Part shown: in pieces, positions 24,487 through 34,167 of the stretch
Numbering within the stretch: the stretch's first letter is position 1
Layout of the letters: every line of letters begins with the position of its first letter
Sequence record: LC494302.1
Reading direction: 5' to 3' (one strand)
Length of the DNA: 64,000 nt
Origin: Escherichia phage SP27
Notes under the pieces: generated by a model
What the model was told of the DNA's origin: nothing
Database searches by the model: none
Seen by the model: the letters and a program-made list of their open reading frames with translations, nothing else
Made by a program: the position numbers and the translations under genes

Positions 24487-24757
24487 ATGTTGGGTATGCT
24501 TCAAGGTGTTTGATGAAGAATATGAAATAATATTAGATGTATTGCCACAGCAGTACATGGTATGTAATGGAAAATACAAATTGGACACCTACCCGACCCC
24601 CAAGTACATGGGAATATGTCCTTTGTGTGATGCAAATGGCGTGTCCAATAGTGAGATTTCATTCACTAACCAAGCCACAACTAACTGTGTATCTGGGTAT
24701 ATAAGAGAGAATCGAGAATATTTTATTAGGAGATTATATGAACGACAAAATCTTTGA
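24476..24757 (+). CDS. small Cys-rich (zinc-ribbon-like) protein
   Basis: CWVCF...CNGKY...CPLCDANG cysteine pairs. Confidence 0.4.
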   Translation: MMGKCWVCFKVFDEEYEIILDVLPQQYMVCNGKYKLDTYPTPKYMGICPLCDANGVSNSEISFTNQATTNCVSGYIRENREYFIRRLYERQNL

Positions 24758-24968
24758 TACATATGACATCGATACTTTACTAACACCATCTGATAACAGT
24801 ACTGTTAAAATGGACATGTACTGGATTGTCGTTGATAAAAAAGTATTTAGACATAAAATTACTAAAGTTTGGCAATGTAATAAAAACAAATCTATTGTTG
24901 AAGGATTGGCACAATGCATTCCTAATGCAGAGGTTTTATTTTTACCATATGCATATACAAAGGAATAA
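24738..24968 (+). CDS. hypothetical protein
   Basis: 76 aa ORF. Confidence 0.4.
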   Translation: MNDKIFDTYDIDTLLTPSDNSTVKMDMYWIVVDKKVFRHKITKVWQCNKNKSIVEGLAQCIPNAEVLFLPYAYTKE

Positions 24969-24969
24969 A

Positions 24970-25131
24970 ATGAAAAAAACTTGGAAAATATTCACAATAC
25001 CTGCTATAATGTTGTTATTGGCACTTTTCACACCGCAGAGTCATGTATTGTCTCTTAATATTGTGGAAATAATTCTTCTTGTAATTCACTGTGTCGTGTG
25101 TTATAATTATGTAAAAGGTGATAAAGAATGA
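24970..25131 (+). CDS. small membrane protein
   Basis: AAGGAA RBS then ATG 24970; MKKTWKIFTIPAIMLLLALF hydrophobic. Confidence 0.4.
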   Translation: MKKTWKIFTIPAIMLLLALFTPQSHVLSLNIVEIILLVIHCVVCYNYVKGDKE

Positions 25132-25550
25132 AGTTCTTTAAAATTCGAATTGGTGTAAGTTCTGGTTTATCTCATTGGGTATTTTATGATTTACCTGATA
25201 GTTATACTATTGATGATGTAATTGATTTATATACCGAAGATCAACAATGGGTGTTAGATACCGAAACACATAGAATTGATTGTCAAGAGATTAGTGAAGA
25301 AGATTACAAGCACGGAAAGCAAGCCATGAAGTATTTTGAAACAAATATCAAAATGCTGTCTGAAAACGTATTTCCTGTAAAAGAATGGGCAATTTTACTT
25401 GCTAATCCTAAAAAACCTGTTAGAATTGGTTATCCAAATTTTCATATGGTGTATCGTATGAATGATAAGCGAGAGCTTAACTATCAATACGATTACGATT
25501 CATCTAAGTTTGGAGTTCTTAAACAATTTTTAAAGGCTTATCCAGTATGA
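25128..25550 (+). CDS. hypothetical protein
   Basis: 140 aa ORF. Confidence 0.45.
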   Translation: MKFFKIRIGVSSGLSHWVFYDLPDSYTIDDVIDLYTEDQQWVLDTETHRIDCQEISEEDYKHGKQAMKYFETNIKMLSENVFPVKEWAILLANPKKPVRIGYPNFHMVYRMNDKRELNYQYDYDSSKFGVLKQFLKAYPV

Positions 25551-25882
25551 GTGAAGATAGTAAAGAGTATATTTTACGTTGTTCTTGTGGCGATAAAATG
25601 GAGCATTGCGTTCACATTGCACAATTTGACTTGACAGAGGAATATGGAGATGATAAACTTGGTCAATGTCTGATAAGTATGCGTTTAAATCCTTTTTTAA
25701 AATGGTATAACCGTGTATGGGTTGCAGTAAAGTATGTTTTTGGTGTAAACGACTATCAATATGTAGAAGCAACAATTGATGTTGACATTCTAAAAGAAGT
25801 TGTGTTACAATTAGAAGATACTAGAACTGATGAGGTTAAAAAAGAACAAAGAGAAAAACGTACTGATGTGAAGGTTTTATGA
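25547..25882 (+). CDS. hypothetical protein
   Basis: 111 aa ORF. Confidence 0.45.
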   Translation: MSEDSKEYILRCSCGDKMEHCVHIAQFDLTEEYGDDKLGQCLISMRLNPFLKWYNRVWVAVKYVFGVNDYQYVEATIDVDILKEVVLQLEDTRTDEVKKEQREKRTDVKVL

Positions 25883-26073
25883 GTACTGAACTTTATGAAA
25901 AAAAGTACTGTACAAATTGCTCAACTGAGTATACAATACAAGGTATGTTGATTTGTACAATATGTCAGTCAAAGAAATCAGCAACTTTCATCGTTGATGA
26001 TAGATTTGGTGATTTGAAACAGTTTAAAGCAAACCGCAATCTTCGTATTTTTAGCAATCTAAATAAGGAATAA
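25879..26073 (+). CDS. small zinc-ribbon protein
   Basis: CTNCS...CTICQ two CxxC pairs. Confidence 0.4.
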   Translation: MSTELYEKKYCTNCSTEYTIQGMLICTICQSKKSATFIVDDRFGDLKQFKANRNLRIFSNLNKE

Positions 26074-26076
26074 TAT

Positions 26077-26505
26077 ATGAATATCGAACAAACTATCCGT
26101 GAACATTCTTTCTTCGCTCCAGAAACTGGTCGTGTTATTGAGAGCGTCAAAATCGAAGAACTAATGGTCAATGTTAAATACAAAGAACCAAATGATGAGA
26201 TTAGCAGTACTTTTTGTGCTCTACGTGCACCATTCCGTAATGAAAAAGCTAAGAAACCAGCATATGTTCTTGCCATTGCACTGGGTTGTGTTGTAAAACT
26301 TGCAGTTGATGAAAATCTTCTGAATATTAAAGTTGCACCAAGCAATGACGATGAAAACATTGATTTGAACTTTGATGGTTCTCTTGATGAAGATGTATTT
26401 TTCCAACAGTCACTTGTTTACGACTTCCGTACAGTGACACATTCTCACATCAAGTTCATTAATGAAATGGTTGGGATTGTTGCTGAATACGAAGAATCTC
26501 TCTAA
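26077..26505 (+). CDS. FQxS C-terminal-module family paralog (hypothetical)
   Basis: C-terminal DEDVFFQQSLVYDF motif shared with about 20 other ORFs in the window. Confidence 0.55.
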   Translation: MNIEQTIREHSFFAPETGRVIESVKIEELMVNVKYKEPNDEISSTFCALRAPFRNEKAKKPAYVLAIALGCVVKLAVDENLLNIKVAPSNDDENIDLNFDGSLDEDVFFQQSLVYDFRTVTHSHIKFINEMVGIVAEYEESL

Positions 26506-26516
26506 GTAAATACAAA

Positions 26517-26539
26517 AGCCTCCATAATGGAGGCTTTTA
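26517..26539 (+). terminator. rho-independent terminator
   Basis: agcctcca taat ggaggct plus ttt. Confidence 0.55.
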
Positions 26540-26558
26540 TCACATAAGGAAATGAAAT

Positions 26559-27110
26559 ATGATAGACCAAATTAAAATCCTTACAAAGCAAATCACTGAT
26601 TTTCTTTCTGATAAAGATGGATTTAATACAGAAGTAAAAATGCACGGTGTTAGTGTTGATGTAATTGCACCAAATGGTAATGTAACAAGTTACGACATGT
26701 ATGAATTACTTCTTTATACTCTAGCAGTACGTAAACTAGGTAGTGATATTGAACTCAATATCAATACTGATGAAAGTGGGAATAAAATTTTTGCAATCAA
26801 CACCAGTGCTAAATTCGATATCAGTACTGAAATTAAAAAAATAAATGAAAGTTTTATTGGCTTTAAGCATGAATCAATTCAAAGTGTTTTTATTGGAAAG
26901 CAAACTTCTAATAGTGAATGCCCATATTGTGTAATGACTTTATATAAAGATGGAAACTGGATGCGTCAAGATTTAGTATTTGCTGAACTTCTGTATGCAT
27001 TTACACATGAACTTAAAATCGAATTGGACGATAGTGTTTATTGCTTTAAGAAAATTCGAAATATAACTAAAGATATACAAACCCAACTTAAAGAATTAAA
27101 TGATAAATAA
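26559..27110 (+). CDS. hypothetical protein
   Basis: 183 aa ORF after terminator 26517-26539. Confidence 0.5.
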   Translation: MIDQIKILTKQITDFLSDKDGFNTEVKMHGVSVDVIAPNGNVTSYDMYELLLYTLAVRKLGSDIELNINTDESGNKIFAINTSAKFDISTEIKKINESFIGFKHESIQSVFIGKQTSNSECPYCVMTLYKDGNWMRQDLVFAELLYAFTHELKIELDDSVYCFKKIRNITKDIQTQLKELNDK

Positions 27111-27225
27111 ATATACCAGAAATGGTTAACATATCATGTTACTTTCCTCCCTTACATAATAATGATGCGTTATTATATTTTCATTTTGTTCTTATTCCCC
27201 TTTTGGTACAAAATCATTTTAGTAC

Positions 27226-27249
27226 TGCCCCGATCTTCGGGGCATTTTT
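27226..27249 (+). terminator. rho-independent terminator
   Basis: tgccccg atcttc ggggca plus ttttt. Confidence 0.6.
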
Positions 27250-27270
27250 CTTATCTAAAATTGAGGATAT

Positions 27271-27666
27271 ATGAAGAACAATATTGGAACTTCAATAATT
27301 AAACCACTTTCTTATTACCTTGAAAAATTTAGAAGCACAAATGGTAATAAATTTAATAATATATTTCAGTTCTCTCATAAAGAATATATTACAATTGATC
27401 ATTTTTCAAAGAAACTAATGTATGTAAATGATAATAGTCATATTATTAAATTATCATTCGATATTGAGTTAGATAAATTAACATTTACTGAATACATTAA
27501 TCAAAAAACTTCTTTTTTATGTCAATACAATAGGAAAGTATATAGTAATATTTCTATGTATCTAAATGATGAATATCACTTTCAACAATCTACAATAGAA
27601 GAAGTATTGTTCAGTACTGAAGAATTAAAAGAACTATATTACTGGTATAATTATTTCACATCTTGA
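27271..27666 (+). CDS. FQxS-module family paralog
   Basis: C-terminal NDEYHFQQSTIEEV. Confidence 0.5.
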   Translation: MKNNIGTSIIKPLSYYLEKFRSTNGNKFNNIFQFSHKEYITIDHFSKKLMYVNDNSHIIKLSFDIELDKLTFTEYINQKTSFLCQYNRKVYSNISMYLNDEYHFQQSTIEEVLFSTEELKELYYWYNYFTS

Positions 27667-27721
27667 CATTATTGTGGGTTTATCCTACAATACATGATGA
27701 TGCTGCATTGAGGATAAATTT

Positions 27722-28132
27722 ATGAGTTTAGATTTACACAATGAACTAAAATATTTTTTAGATTTGGATATATCAGAATTGAACCACCACGTCAATCATA
27801 TGACTAGTACTGTATGGTGGTCTAATGAACAAGACGACCCAATTATCCAACTAAGTGATGAATCGTCAATTATGCGATTTTATAAGATTAATTATAAAAA
27901 GAACATCAAGATCACATATGTACCATACAAAAACATACTACTAGTCGAAACACTTAATCCAAGTTCTTTATTAAAAATCACCGATTTAGATACATTACAA
28001 ACAAGTGAATCTTTATTCCAACGTTCATTAGTTGATGATCTTGGTGGTATTACTTTTGAAGATATATTACAATTGAAGAATATGTATAGTGAATTGTTGG
28101 AGATTAAAAACACTTTAGTAATGGGGAATTGA
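27722..28132 (+). CDS. FQxS-module family paralog
   Basis: C-terminal SESLFQRSLVDDLGGITFEDILQL. Confidence 0.55.
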   Translation: MSLDLHNELKYFLDLDISELNHHVNHMTSTVWWSNEQDDPIIQLSDESSIMRFYKINYKKNIKITYVPYKNILLVETLNPSSLLKITDLDTLQTSESLFQRSLVDDLGGITFEDILQLKNMYSELLEIKNTLVMGN

Positions 28133-28133
28133 T

Positions 28134-28538
28134 ATGGTAAGTTTACTAGATATTGATAATACCAGTTTAGTGCTGGTGAAAAAAGGTTTAATTCCAAATT
28201 CTAAAAAAATTGATTATGCTGTTATTGAAACAAATATTGGAAATATCTGGTACGACTCTGAAAGGGATATTGTGTTTAGCTGTGTAGACAGTGATCGTTC
28301 TGAATGTTGTAGAGTCGGTCATGACGGACAATTTGTTTTTGAATTTCGTTATTGGAAGGACGCAAAATTTCACCAAGAACTGGTTGCTTTGTCAAATGAA
28401 CTATATACAGAAGAATCGTTCTTCATGGCTAGTACTATTAATGATTTTGGTTCAGTTACATTTGAGTACTATAAAAAAATATACGCACTATCCAGAGAAG
28501 TTATGAAAATTATCAGAACTGCTGAAGGTAAAGAATAA
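28134..28538 (+). CDS. FQxS-module family paralog
   Basis: C-terminal TEESFFMASTINDFGSVTFE. Confidence 0.55.
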   Translation: MVSLLDIDNTSLVLVKKGLIPNSKKIDYAVIETNIGNIWYDSERDIVFSCVDSDRSECCRVGHDGQFVFEFRYWKDAKFHQELVALSNELYTEESFFMASTINDFGSVTFEYYKKIYALSREVMKIIRTAEGKE

Positions 28539-28539
28539 C

Positions 28540-28917
28540 ATGACTACTATATATGATATTTTGGGTGTTCTGAGTAGAAATATAGATGATGATTTTGTTA
28601 TTGTTCAAGATACTAGAAATACATTTCAACTACCAATAGGTTCACCAGATAGGTTAATTTTTAATAGATACTCAAATGAACTAACTTACATCCATGATGG
28701 AATTGCAATTGTATCAGTTTCTATAAACGACTATACAATACGATATGTATATGACTTCAACGATTATTGTACAAGAATCCACAGTATTGATATTTCCGAA
28801 GAGGAACTATTCCAATTGTCATTGATTGAGAAAAATGTAATAGGAATTACAGAAATTGGTATTATTAAAAAAGCATTAAACTATACAAATATAAGAATTA
28901 ATGGTGGGTGCAGATGA
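28540..28917 (+). CDS. FQxS-module family paralog
   Basis: C-terminal SEEELFQLSLIEKNVIGITE. Confidence 0.55.
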   Translation: MTTIYDILGVLSRNIDDDFVIVQDTRNTFQLPIGSPDRLIFNRYSNELTYIHDGIAIVSVSINDYTIRYVYDFNDYCTRIHSIDISEEELFQLSLIEKNVIGITEIGIIKKALNYTNIRINGGCR

Positions 28918-29369
28918 ATGTTGACGAAATAAAAAATCATTTTGAAATTGCAATGTCATGTGAATTTGACACACAACGTGTTCATGACCCGAAAGAACAT
29001 ATACGCATTTGTTGTGAATTGTCAGATGATTGTAATATTTTTATTGGAAAAACCTATGACATGATCGATCTTTCATGTATAGATCCATTGGAAAGAAAAA
29101 CAAAATATTTATATCTGTACAACACAACATCAGATACGATTGCAATACAACTAATATCAACCACAACATCCCAAAGTTATTATAACATAACTGAGGTTAG
29201 TAGTTTAACGTTAACCGAAGAAGGATTCTTTCAACAATCGCTTATTCGTGAAATTGGTGTTAGTTATGATGAGTTAAATGTATTAGTAGATTGTTTCGAA
29301 AAATTGAGTACTTTTGTATTATCCCTTTTTAATATACAGTCGCAAAATCCAATGGTGGTGAAATGCTAA
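28908..29369 (+). CDS. FQxS-module family paralog
   Basis: C-terminal TEEGFFQQSLIREIGVSYDE. Confidence 0.55.
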   Translation: MQMNVDEIKNHFEIAMSCEFDTQRVHDPKEHIRICCELSDDCNIFIGKTYDMIDLSCIDPLERKTKYLYLYNTTSDTIAIQLISTTTSQSYYNITEVSSLTLTEEGFFQQSLIREIGVSYDELNVLVDCFEKLSTFVLSLFNIQSQNPMVVKC

Positions 29370-29803
29370 ATCCAAGTAAATTTCTCCACTTACTTTCGAT
29401 AACATCAATACCGGATCTTACCAGTGAAACTAATGAATATCGTGAAGCTGGGGTGGTGTCTATGGAACTCGATACATTTGACCACAAATGCTATGTGACA
29501 TATGACCCACCCCGTTATGGTAAAGAACATTCTTCTTTTATTTTTGTATTCGTATACACTGTATATGATAATACAACACTTGATGATGTTTGTATTGACA
29601 CTTACGAAATTTGTGATAATATCATAACTGATGACAACAATAATTCATTTGATATGTCACTATATAACACAGAAGAATCGTTGTTTCAACTTAGTACTGT
29701 TATTGATGCACCATCATTAGAAGATATAAAACAATTTCAAGAACATCTTGACGCAGTTCGTGAGATGTTCTATAATCATTATCCAGAAGTAGAGTTCAAT
29801 TAA
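29363..29803 (+). CDS. FQxS-module family paralog
   Basis: C-terminal TEESLFQLSTVIDAPSLEDI. Confidence 0.55.
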   Translation: MLNPSKFLHLLSITSIPDLTSETNEYREAGVVSMELDTFDHKCYVTYDPPRYGKEHSSFIFVFVYTVYDNTTLDDVCIDTYEICDNIITDDNNNSFDMSLYNTEESLFQLSTVIDAPSLEDIKQFQEHLDAVREMFYNHYPEVEFN

Positions 29804-29817
29804 CTAAAGGTAATAAG

Positions 29818-30078
29818 ATGACTAAAGTAGTTCGTAAACGCCACATGATGAACATGGATGAATTTCGCACATTTGACAAATATCGTACTATGTTTCGTAT
29901 GCTTTCACAGGGCCGTCCAATCGTCATTGTAACAGAGAATTACATGTCACCTGAGATTATGTTTGGTAATTATGAAAAGGTCTTCATGATGTACGTGAAG
30001 CGTGGATTACTTACAATCAAGACATTAGCTGAAGCAACTGATGAAGATATGGATGGTGATAATACCTTTACCATGTGA
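29818..30078 (+). CDS. hypothetical protein
   Basis: 86 aa ORF. Confidence 0.45.
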   Translation: MTKVVRKRHMMNMDEFRTFDKYRTMFRMLSQGRPIVIVTENYMSPEIMFGNYEKVFMMYVKRGLLTIKTLAEATDEDMDGDNTFTM

Positions 30079-30156
30079 GGAAATATATGTCTGAAAAGCC
30101 AAAAGAACCATTAGATCGTGATGATGATTTTTATGACGAACGATATGGAGATGATG

Positions 30157-30408
30157 ATGAGTGAACATAGTGCTGTGCTTAAAAAGATTTTAAAGGAACT
30201 TGATGGTGAGTTTAATGTCACAGAAGAAGAATATCAGCATTGGAAGAAAGGTTTTGAACAACTAACCGAGTATGATAAAGTGTTCAATATGATTGGCGTA
30301 ATTAGCCAGTACTTACTCGGTGGAGGACGTGCAAGTGCTTCAATTCTGGCATCTGCAATCATCTGTACATCACGATGGTGTGATGAAAAAAGTTTGGAAG
30401 ATTTCTAA
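30157..30408 (+). CDS. hypothetical protein
   Basis: ORF in the 30118 frame; start placed at a later ATG (MSEHSAVLKK...); a 25-aa acidic mini-ORF (30087-30164) overlaps upstream. Confidence 0.4.
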   Translation: MSEHSAVLKKILKELDGEFNVTEEEYQHWKKGFEQLTEYDKVFNMIGVISQYLLGGGRASASILASAIICTSRWCDEKSLEDF

Positions 30409-30460
30409 ATAAGATGCTATAATATATTATAGTACCTTAACAATATAAAAAGGATTTTAT

Positions 30461-31321
30461 ATGAAACCTATCCGAGTACTTTCTCTTTTTAATGGAATGA
30501 GTGTGGGATATATGGCATTGCAAGATGCTGGTATCCCAGTTGAAAAATATTATTCATCCGAAATTGATAAGTACGCAATAGCTGAATCTCAATCTAACTT
30601 TCCTGATATTATCCAATTGGGTGATGTAACTAAGTGGAGAGAATGGGATATTGAGTGGGACAAAATAGATTTATTAATGGGTGGTTTCCCATGCCAAGCC
30701 TGGTCAGTTGCAGGTAAACAGGGTGGTTTAAATGATATACGTGGGCAGTTATTTTTAGTAATGGTTGAAATTTTTGATCATATCAAAAGTCTCAATCCTA
30801 ACTTGAAATTTCTGTTTGAAAATGTTAAAATGAAGGAAGATTTCAAAGAATACATTAATAGTATTTTAGGAATCACGCCAGTACTGATAAACTCCCAGCA
30901 TTATACGCCTCACTTCAGGCAGAGATATTACTGGTACAGTACTGATAAGCTTTTCATACCACCTGCATTATCCAATGCACCTAAACTTCAAGATATTATT
31001 GAAGATGGTTGGTACACTGACAGAACCGCTTCGTACTGTATAGATGCTAACTATTTTAAAGGTGGTGATTGTAACCAGTACTTTAATAAATCCAGACGAC
31101 AATTGGTGTTTCGTGACCCAGTGATCAGTCGTCAATATCTATTAGAGAATGGCAAAAGAAATATTGACTATAGACACTTAAGTGTAGTAGAATGTTGTAA
31201 ATTACAGGGTGTTCCTGAAGATTTCTTTAAAGTGTCTAGTAAGACACAAGCATACAAAATGCTTGGGAATGGATGGACTATGCCAGTTATATCACATTTA
31301 CTAAGAGAGATATTCTTTTGA
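30461..31321 (+). CDS. dcm: DNA (cytosine-5)-methyltransferase
   Basis: Motif I LSLFNGMSVG, catalytic motif IV GGFPCQAWSVAGK, motif VI ENV, C-terminal MLGNGWTMPV: canonical C5-MTase order. Confidence 0.85.
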   Translation: MKPIRVLSLFNGMSVGYMALQDAGIPVEKYYSSEIDKYAIAESQSNFPDIIQLGDVTKWREWDIEWDKIDLLMGGFPCQAWSVAGKQGGLNDIRGQLFLVMVEIFDHIKSLNPNLKFLFENVKMKEDFKEYINSILGITPVLINSQHYTPHFRQRYYWYSTDKLFIPPALSNAPKLQDIIEDGWYTDRTASYCIDANYFKGGDCNQYFNKSRRQLVFRDPVISRQYLLENGKRNIDYRHLSVVECCKLQGVPEDFFKVSSKTQAYKMLGNGWTMPVISHLLREIFF

Positions 31322-31803
31322 ACATAAACAAATACCAAACTTATATAAAACGTACAGAAAGTTTCAAACGGCTGGCTGTAAAATCTGAATTAGAATTTAA
31401 TTTGTATTATCCTAATATTGGTGATGAGGTATTTTATTGCTCTCATTCAAAGAATGGAACTTTACTTAAATCGGGTAAAGGAACTATTGTTGATATGACC
31501 GCAAATTTCAGAGGTAAACTTAATGTAATGTACAAAGTACAAGATTCAAGTACTGAGTGTATTCATGAAGTGATGCATAACATACCTGCATATCCAAAAG
31601 ATTTTGTTCAGCTAATATCTCGAAGGGAGAAACCTATGTTTTATTGTGGTTACGACAAATTAACCAAACAAATTATTCCTAATACTATGGGAAAATTTAA
31701 AAGTGATGTGAAATCTGAACTTGAAAAGAAATTTGGCACGTCATGGGAAACTGAAAACGAGTTTATCGAAATTCGTTTAATTGAAATTACTATACTTGAA
31801 TAA
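31273..31803 (+). CDS. hypothetical protein
   Basis: 176 aa ORF overlapping the MTase 3' end; an in-frame TTG at 31318 is an alternative start. Confidence 0.45.
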   Translation: MDYASYITFTKRDILLNINKYQTYIKRTESFKRLAVKSELEFNLYYPNIGDEVFYCSHSKNGTLLKSGKGTIVDMTANFRGKLNVMYKVQDSSTECIHEVMHNIPAYPKDFVQLISRREKPMFYCGYDKLTKQIIPNTMGKFKSDVKSELEKKFGTSWETENEFIEIRLIEITILE

Positions 31804-31808
31804 TTACA

Positions 31809-31833
31809 AATCCACGCATTGCGTGGATTTTTC
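31809..31833 (+). terminator. rho-independent terminator
   Basis: aatccacgc att gcgtggatt plus ttt. Confidence 0.6.
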
Positions 31834-31845
31834 ATAGGTGCATAT

Positions 31846-32361
31846 ATGCCAATTCCTTATGTTAAAATTATTAATAATATTCTCGATTCATGGGAAGATG
31901 TTATTACTGGTAAAAAGAAACCATCACCAGTACATGCTTTATCTGGGAAACTTCAATTCAGAATGTCAAACCAAACTGAAACATTTAATAATCATGATAT
32001 TTGCATTACATTAAAAACACCTGTTAGTATTGTAATTAAAAAAAATAAAGATGATGAATTGACATTATCTATTGGTCGTGATAAAATCATTTTAAGTAAT
32101 TTGTCTGAAGAAGAATTCTTTCAAAGAAGTACTATTATCGATATGAAAGATTTCACATATGAATCATTGGTTGAACTCAATACACGTTTTAACGATATTC
32201 AGGAACGATTGCGACCAATTCTTCGTATCGAAGAAGAAGCCTGGATTGAAAGTATTAGGAAGATGCAAGAAATGTTGAAAGAAAATATTAACAATCTGGG
32301 TAAAGCTACAATGGAATTTGGTAAAACTTTTAAACTGAACTTTTCAAAGGATCGTAAATGA
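31846..32361 (+). CDS. FQxS-module family paralog
   Basis: SEEEFFQRSTIIDMKDFTYESL; start set at ATG 31846 downstream of terminator 31809-31833. Confidence 0.5.
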   Translation: MPIPYVKIINNILDSWEDVITGKKKPSPVHALSGKLQFRMSNQTETFNNHDICITLKTPVSIVIKKNKDDELTLSIGRDKIILSNLSEEEFFQRSTIIDMKDFTYESLVELNTRFNDIQERLRPILRIEEEAWIESIRKMQEMLKENINNLGKATMEFGKTFKLNFSKDRK

Positions 32362-32813
32362 AAATTGATAATTTGATTCATGTTTTAGGATCTTTACATA
32401 AAATATTATCACATCTACATGAGATAAAGAAACTGGGATTTAACATCTCAAATTCAATTGAAACTACATTTAAATATCAATCAATTACTGGTGATGGTTA
32501 TTACATAATCGAATATACTTATGAAACCGATCCAGACTTCTATCCTCTTACGTTGAGAATTTATCCAACAAATCCGAGAGGAATTCACGACATATCATCA
32601 ATTTCACTTGATCCAGATGGTGAAACGAGTATTGAATACAATAATGATTCAAAACCAGAATTTTACATTGATGATATTAAAATGATGTTCAACGATGAAT
32701 ATGTTTTCCAACAAAGTACTGTGCATGATGTTGGAAGTACTAATGGACAATTTTGGAATACATGTTATTATCATATGATTGAAATTTGTAAATTATTAAA
32801 AGGCGATGATTAA
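32358..32813 (+). CDS. FQxS-module family paralog
   Basis: C-terminal NDEYVFQQSTVHDVGS. Confidence 0.5.
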   Translation: MKIDNLIHVLGSLHKILSHLHEIKKLGFNISNSIETTFKYQSITGDGYYIIEYTYETDPDFYPLTLRIYPTNPRGIHDISSISLDPDGETSIEYNNDSKPEFYIDDIKMMFNDEYVFQQSTVHDVGSTNGQFWNTCYYHMIEICKLLKGDD

Positions 32814-33196
32814 TGAAATACAGCATTGAAGTACATTACACTACAGGGGACACTGAAACTGAAGATTCAGTTACCAATACATTGGATGTTCAATGGGAAT
32901 CAAAGGATGAGGCAGTTGTAGCATTACAGTCTTTGAAAGAGCATTGGGTATTCTTTAAGAAACTCGATGATGCATATAGTAACGAACGTGCGACAATAAT
33001 CGATGAAGCCAAACATAAAGAATGGTTTGATCCAATGTCATGTGAATTCTCTTTCTTTGTAAAAATTGGAGATGAAAAAATTCCAGTACGTACACCGTGG
33101 AACGGCTACTTTGAAACTCTTCATAATGCACGAGTTGTCGCTGTTGATAATCCTGAACAAATCGATTTCGATTCATTGGACTGGAAAAAACTATGA
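32813..33196 (+). CDS. hypothetical protein
   Basis: 127 aa ORF. Confidence 0.45.
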   Translation: MKYSIEVHYTTGDTETEDSVTNTLDVQWESKDEAVVALQSLKEHWVFFKKLDDAYSNERATIIDEAKHKEWFDPMSCEFSFFVKIGDEKIPVRTPWNGYFETLHNARVVAVDNPEQIDFDSLDWKKL

Positions 33197-33636
33197 CAGT
33201 ACTGCACCAATTGAAGAAGGTTAAGCATCCAGTTGTATATGAGGACTGGAAACGTCAGAAGCTGATGGGTGATTTTTATTTCCCAAAATCTAAAGTACTA
33301 GCAACGTCAAAAGCTATATACTTGAAATATAAGGATGAAGATTGTTTGTGTATTCAAATGGGATTCCATCCTAAAGTTGGTTTGTTTACAACAAATCAAA
33401 CATTTTATAAATTTAGAATTCAAAAAGATACATTTAGTATTCATATCGAAAAGCATGATGTACAAGATACAATTTATCGTGTGGAAAGTGAGCCTTTGAA
33501 TCTTGTTGAGATTCCGTACAATAATTTAGAAGAAATGTACTTTCAGCAGTTGACAATACAAGAAGACTTTGGTATGATAGGACTTCAAGAGTTAGAGATG
33601 ATTAAACAAATTCGTGATATCTACTTTAAGGAGTAA
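33193..33636 (+). CDS. FQxS-module family paralog
   Basis: C-terminal LEEMYFQQLTIQEDFGMIGLQELE. Confidence 0.5.
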   Translation: MTVLHQLKKVKHPVVYEDWKRQKLMGDFYFPKSKVLATSKAIYLKYKDEDCLCIQMGFHPKVGLFTTNQTFYKFRIQKDTFSIHIEKHDVQDTIYRVESEPLNLVEIPYNNLEEMYFQQLTIQEDFGMIGLQELEMIKQIRDIYFKE

Positions 33637-33638
33637 CT

Positions 33639-33782
33639 ATGCCAGTACGTAACAGTACTTCACGCTTTACGCTTCAACAGAAAGCAGATCTTTTGAATAT
33701 GGCAAACAAAGATTCTAATTTTCACTATCTAGTACTCGGTGGTTCAGTTGAAAAGATTGACCTACGTGAGTGTATGAAATAA
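33639..33782 (+). CDS. small hypothetical protein (47 aa)
   Basis: ATG after AAGGAG RBS; below the ORF-track size cutoff. Confidence 0.3.
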   Translation: MPVRNSTSRFTLQQKADLLNMANKDSNFHYLVLGGSVEKIDLRECMK

Positions 33783-33796
33783 CAAAAGGGGCTAAA

Positions 33797-33967
33797 ATGA
33801 GTTTACGTGAATCATGGGAACAATTTAAAGAAGAGATTGGTTATCGTGGTGTTAAGATTGAACCAATCAATCGTACTGAAAGCATCAAAGCTAGTACTAA
33901 TGGTACTACCTATGATCGTTATGATGAAAAGTATGGTTTACATTCTAAACCAAAGGATACTGAGTAA
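33797..33967 (+). CDS. hypothetical protein
   Basis: AAGGGG RBS then ATG 33797 (MSLRESWEQF...). Confidence 0.4.
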   Translation: MSLRESWEQFKEEIGYRGVKIEPINRTESIKASTNGTTYDRYDEKYGLHSKPKDTE

Positions 33968-34110
33968 TGGTGTATACTAATATTTTTACTGGTATTATGC
34001 GTAAATTTATTAATGGTACTGGATACGTATCTAATGACAACGGTAGTACATGGGTAAAAAATAATACGTCTGAATCTTTAGTAAAAAGTCTTCCGTATTA
34101 TAAAGCTTGA
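33967..34110 (+). CDS. small hypothetical protein (47 aa)
   Basis: ATG overlapping the upstream stop; below the ORF-track cutoff. Confidence 0.25.
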   Translation: MVYTNIFTGIMRKFINGTGYVSNDNGSTWVKNNTSESLVKSLPYYKA

Positions 34111-34135
34111 CACATGAAAATGGAGTATGTATAAT
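34107..34135 (+). promoter_or_regulatory. sigma70-like promoter (TTGACA-N17-TATAAT)
   Basis: ttgacacatgaaaatggagtatgtataat. Confidence 0.55.
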
Positions 34136-34167
34136 ACTCCTATATTAATTAAACGAGGATATACGAA

